Below, piece by piece: positions 62,641 through 64,000 of a DNA stretch of 64,000 nucleotides. A model generated the notes under the pieces. It was not told the origin of the DNA, searched no databases, and worked only from the letters and a program-made list of their open reading frames with translations. Each line of letters starts with the position of its first letter. Position 1 is the stretch's first letter. Made by a program: the position numbers and the translations under genes. Source of the DNA: a virus (taxonomy: Duplodnaviria > Caudoviricetes); IMG/VR virus record IMGVR_UViG_2932480793_000001, positions 8,493-72,492 of that record. The stretch is one strand, 5' to 3'.

Positions 62641-63912
62641 ATGCCGCACGTTGAGTGGCGCGGAGAAACGTGCCGAGTCAAGTGGTGGACCGGCGAACAC
62701 CACGCCAACGGCCGCAAGCGCTACGAGTCCAAAGGTGGCTTCACCGACGAGGACTTGGCACTCCAGCACGGCCAGGACATGGAGTACGAGGTCCGCCACG
62801 GCACCCACATCACCAACCGCGACGGGGCCATGCTCCTCGCCGACTGGCTGGACGCCTGGTACGCCTCCCTCGACCTGGCACACCGGTCGCTGGTCACCTA
62901 TGAGTCCGCGATCCGGGTCCACATCAAACCGTTCTTCAAGAACAGGACCGTCGGCGACCTCGGCATCATGGACCACCGGGCCCTGAAGAAGCACCTCAAA
63001 GCCACCCTGCCAAGCGAGAACAGCCGCAAGTCCATCCTCAACGTGTTCAGCATGGCCATGGACGACGCCGTCGCCGCCGAGCTCCGCAAAACCTCCCCCG
63101 TCGAACGCCACCGCCGCCGCGGCAAGTACACGAAGAAGAAGCGGGAGCGGAAGAAGGACACCGACCCCATCATCATCGAAGCGCTCGCCCGCAACGCTCA
63201 CACCGTCATCGGGCCGGCCGGGTACGTGTTCATCTGGACGATGGCCACGACCGGCATGCGGCCGGCGGAACTCTTCGGGCTCACACGGGAGTTCTGCTAC
63301 CCGACGTGGCCCGGGTCGGATCTGCGGCTGGACCCGGAGGAGTCCGACCGGTACGCGGAGGACATGGAGCGGTACGGCAAGGGCGAAGGGTTGATGCCCG
63401 CGATCCGTGTCGAGCGGCAGTGCCAGTATGCGAACCGGGTGCTGCAGTTCTTCCCTCCGAAGTACGAGTCCTACCGGTCGCTGGTGATTCCGCCGTTCCT
63501 GGCGGACCTGCTGGAGCGGCTGTTGAAGGAGCACAGCTTCGACACGGTGTTCTGCACGCCGACCGGCGGCAATCTGAGGTCGACGAACTTCAACTACCGG
63601 TACTGGCGGCAGATCGCCGACGGTACGAAGGCGGGGGAAGGTGCTCGGCCGACGGGTGACCGGTCGGCGTTGCCTGCCGTGCCGGCGTTCGCGGGTAAGC
63701 GGCTTTACCTGGTGCGGCACAGCGCGAAGGCGTGGCTTGACGAGGATGGGCACAGCAGGTTCGCAGTGGAGACGCGGATGGGGCATGAGGTGCCGGGAGT
63801 CGAGGGCGTCTACAGCAGCGTCACTGTTCCGATGGAGCAGGCCATCATGAAGTCGCTGCAGGACCGGTGGGAGTCGGTACCGGACCGACTGGGAGACGCG
63901 ATCTGGGGCTAA
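62641..63912 (+). CDS. int: Tyrosine integrase
   Basis: Arm-binding N-terminus; TGMRPAE, PPKYE, LYLVRHS, MGH and VYS catalytic motifs. Confidence 0.93.
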   Translation: MPHVEWRGETCRVKWWTGEHHANGRKRYESKGGFTDEDLALQHGQDMEYEVRHGTHITNRDGAMLLADWLDAWYASLDLAHRSLVTYESAIRVHIKPFFKNRTVGDLGIMDHRALKKHLKATLPSENSRKSILNVFSMAMDDAVAAELRKTSPVERHRRRGKYTKKKRERKKDTDPIIIEALARNAHTVIGPAGYVFIWTMATTGMRPAELFGLTREFCYPTWPGSDLRLDPEESDRYAEDMERYGKGEGLMPAIRVERQCQYANRVLQFFPPKYESYRSLVIPPFLADLLERLLKEHSFDTVFCTPTGGNLRSTNFNYRYWRQIADGTKAGEGARPTGDRSALPAVPAFAGKRLYLVRHSAKAWLDEDGHSRFAVETRMGHEVPGVEGVYSSVTVPMEQAIMKSLQDRWESVPDRLGDAIWG

Positions 63913-64000
63913 CTCCCAGTCGTCTCCCACCGCCTACCATCAACAGGGCTCGTGTGCAGGTCAGAGCCATGCGGGGTGGGGATCCATGAACATGAAAGGG

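Larger units (their letters stand above)
1..64000. mobile_element. Temperate siphovirus prophage (Streptomyces-like), extending beyond the left edge of the window
   Basis: Contiguous tail, head, packaging, replication, recombination, immunity and integrase modules; no host housekeeping gene recognised. Confidence 0.95.

Noticed and set aside
63913-64000. attR core or tRNA target
   Set aside because: Only short arm-like repeats are visible; no tRNA fold, and the partner att site is outside the window

Overview
The window is almost entirely one high-GC actinobacterial temperate siphovirus prophage, very probably from Streptomyces. From left to right: (1) a minus-strand tail and head operon (1-17650) with an enzymatic tailspike, Dit, a tape measure carrying M23 and lytic transglycosylase domains, frameshifted tail chaperones, major tail, connectors, capsid and scaffold; (2) a plus-strand, divergently oriented MuF-terS-terL-portal block (17797-22175); (3) small hypothetical genes; (4) an embedded Streptomyces plasmid/AICE-type conjugation module (about 27000-39200) with a TraB FtsK-like translocase, a mirror-symmetric 12-repeat clt-like site, Spd-like membrane proteins, a Xis-like protein, a divergent UTRA/GntR (Kor-like) pair and a second iteron-containing initiator; (5) accessory genes, including a TRADD-N-associated membrane protein and a Panacea toxin-antitoxin pair behind DNA-damage promoter motifs; (6) a minus-strand early region with two C5 methyltransferases, DnaB, DnaC, an initiator with iterons, an orphan Phd, WhiB, RecT and YqaJ; (7) the cro/repressor switch and a tyrosine integrase. 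Lysis genes and att cores were not identified and probably lie outside the window. The strongest candidate for an unusual system is an integrative phage carrying its own TraB/clt conjugative transfer apparatus and two replicons. All family assignments come from motif recognition by eye, not from database searches.
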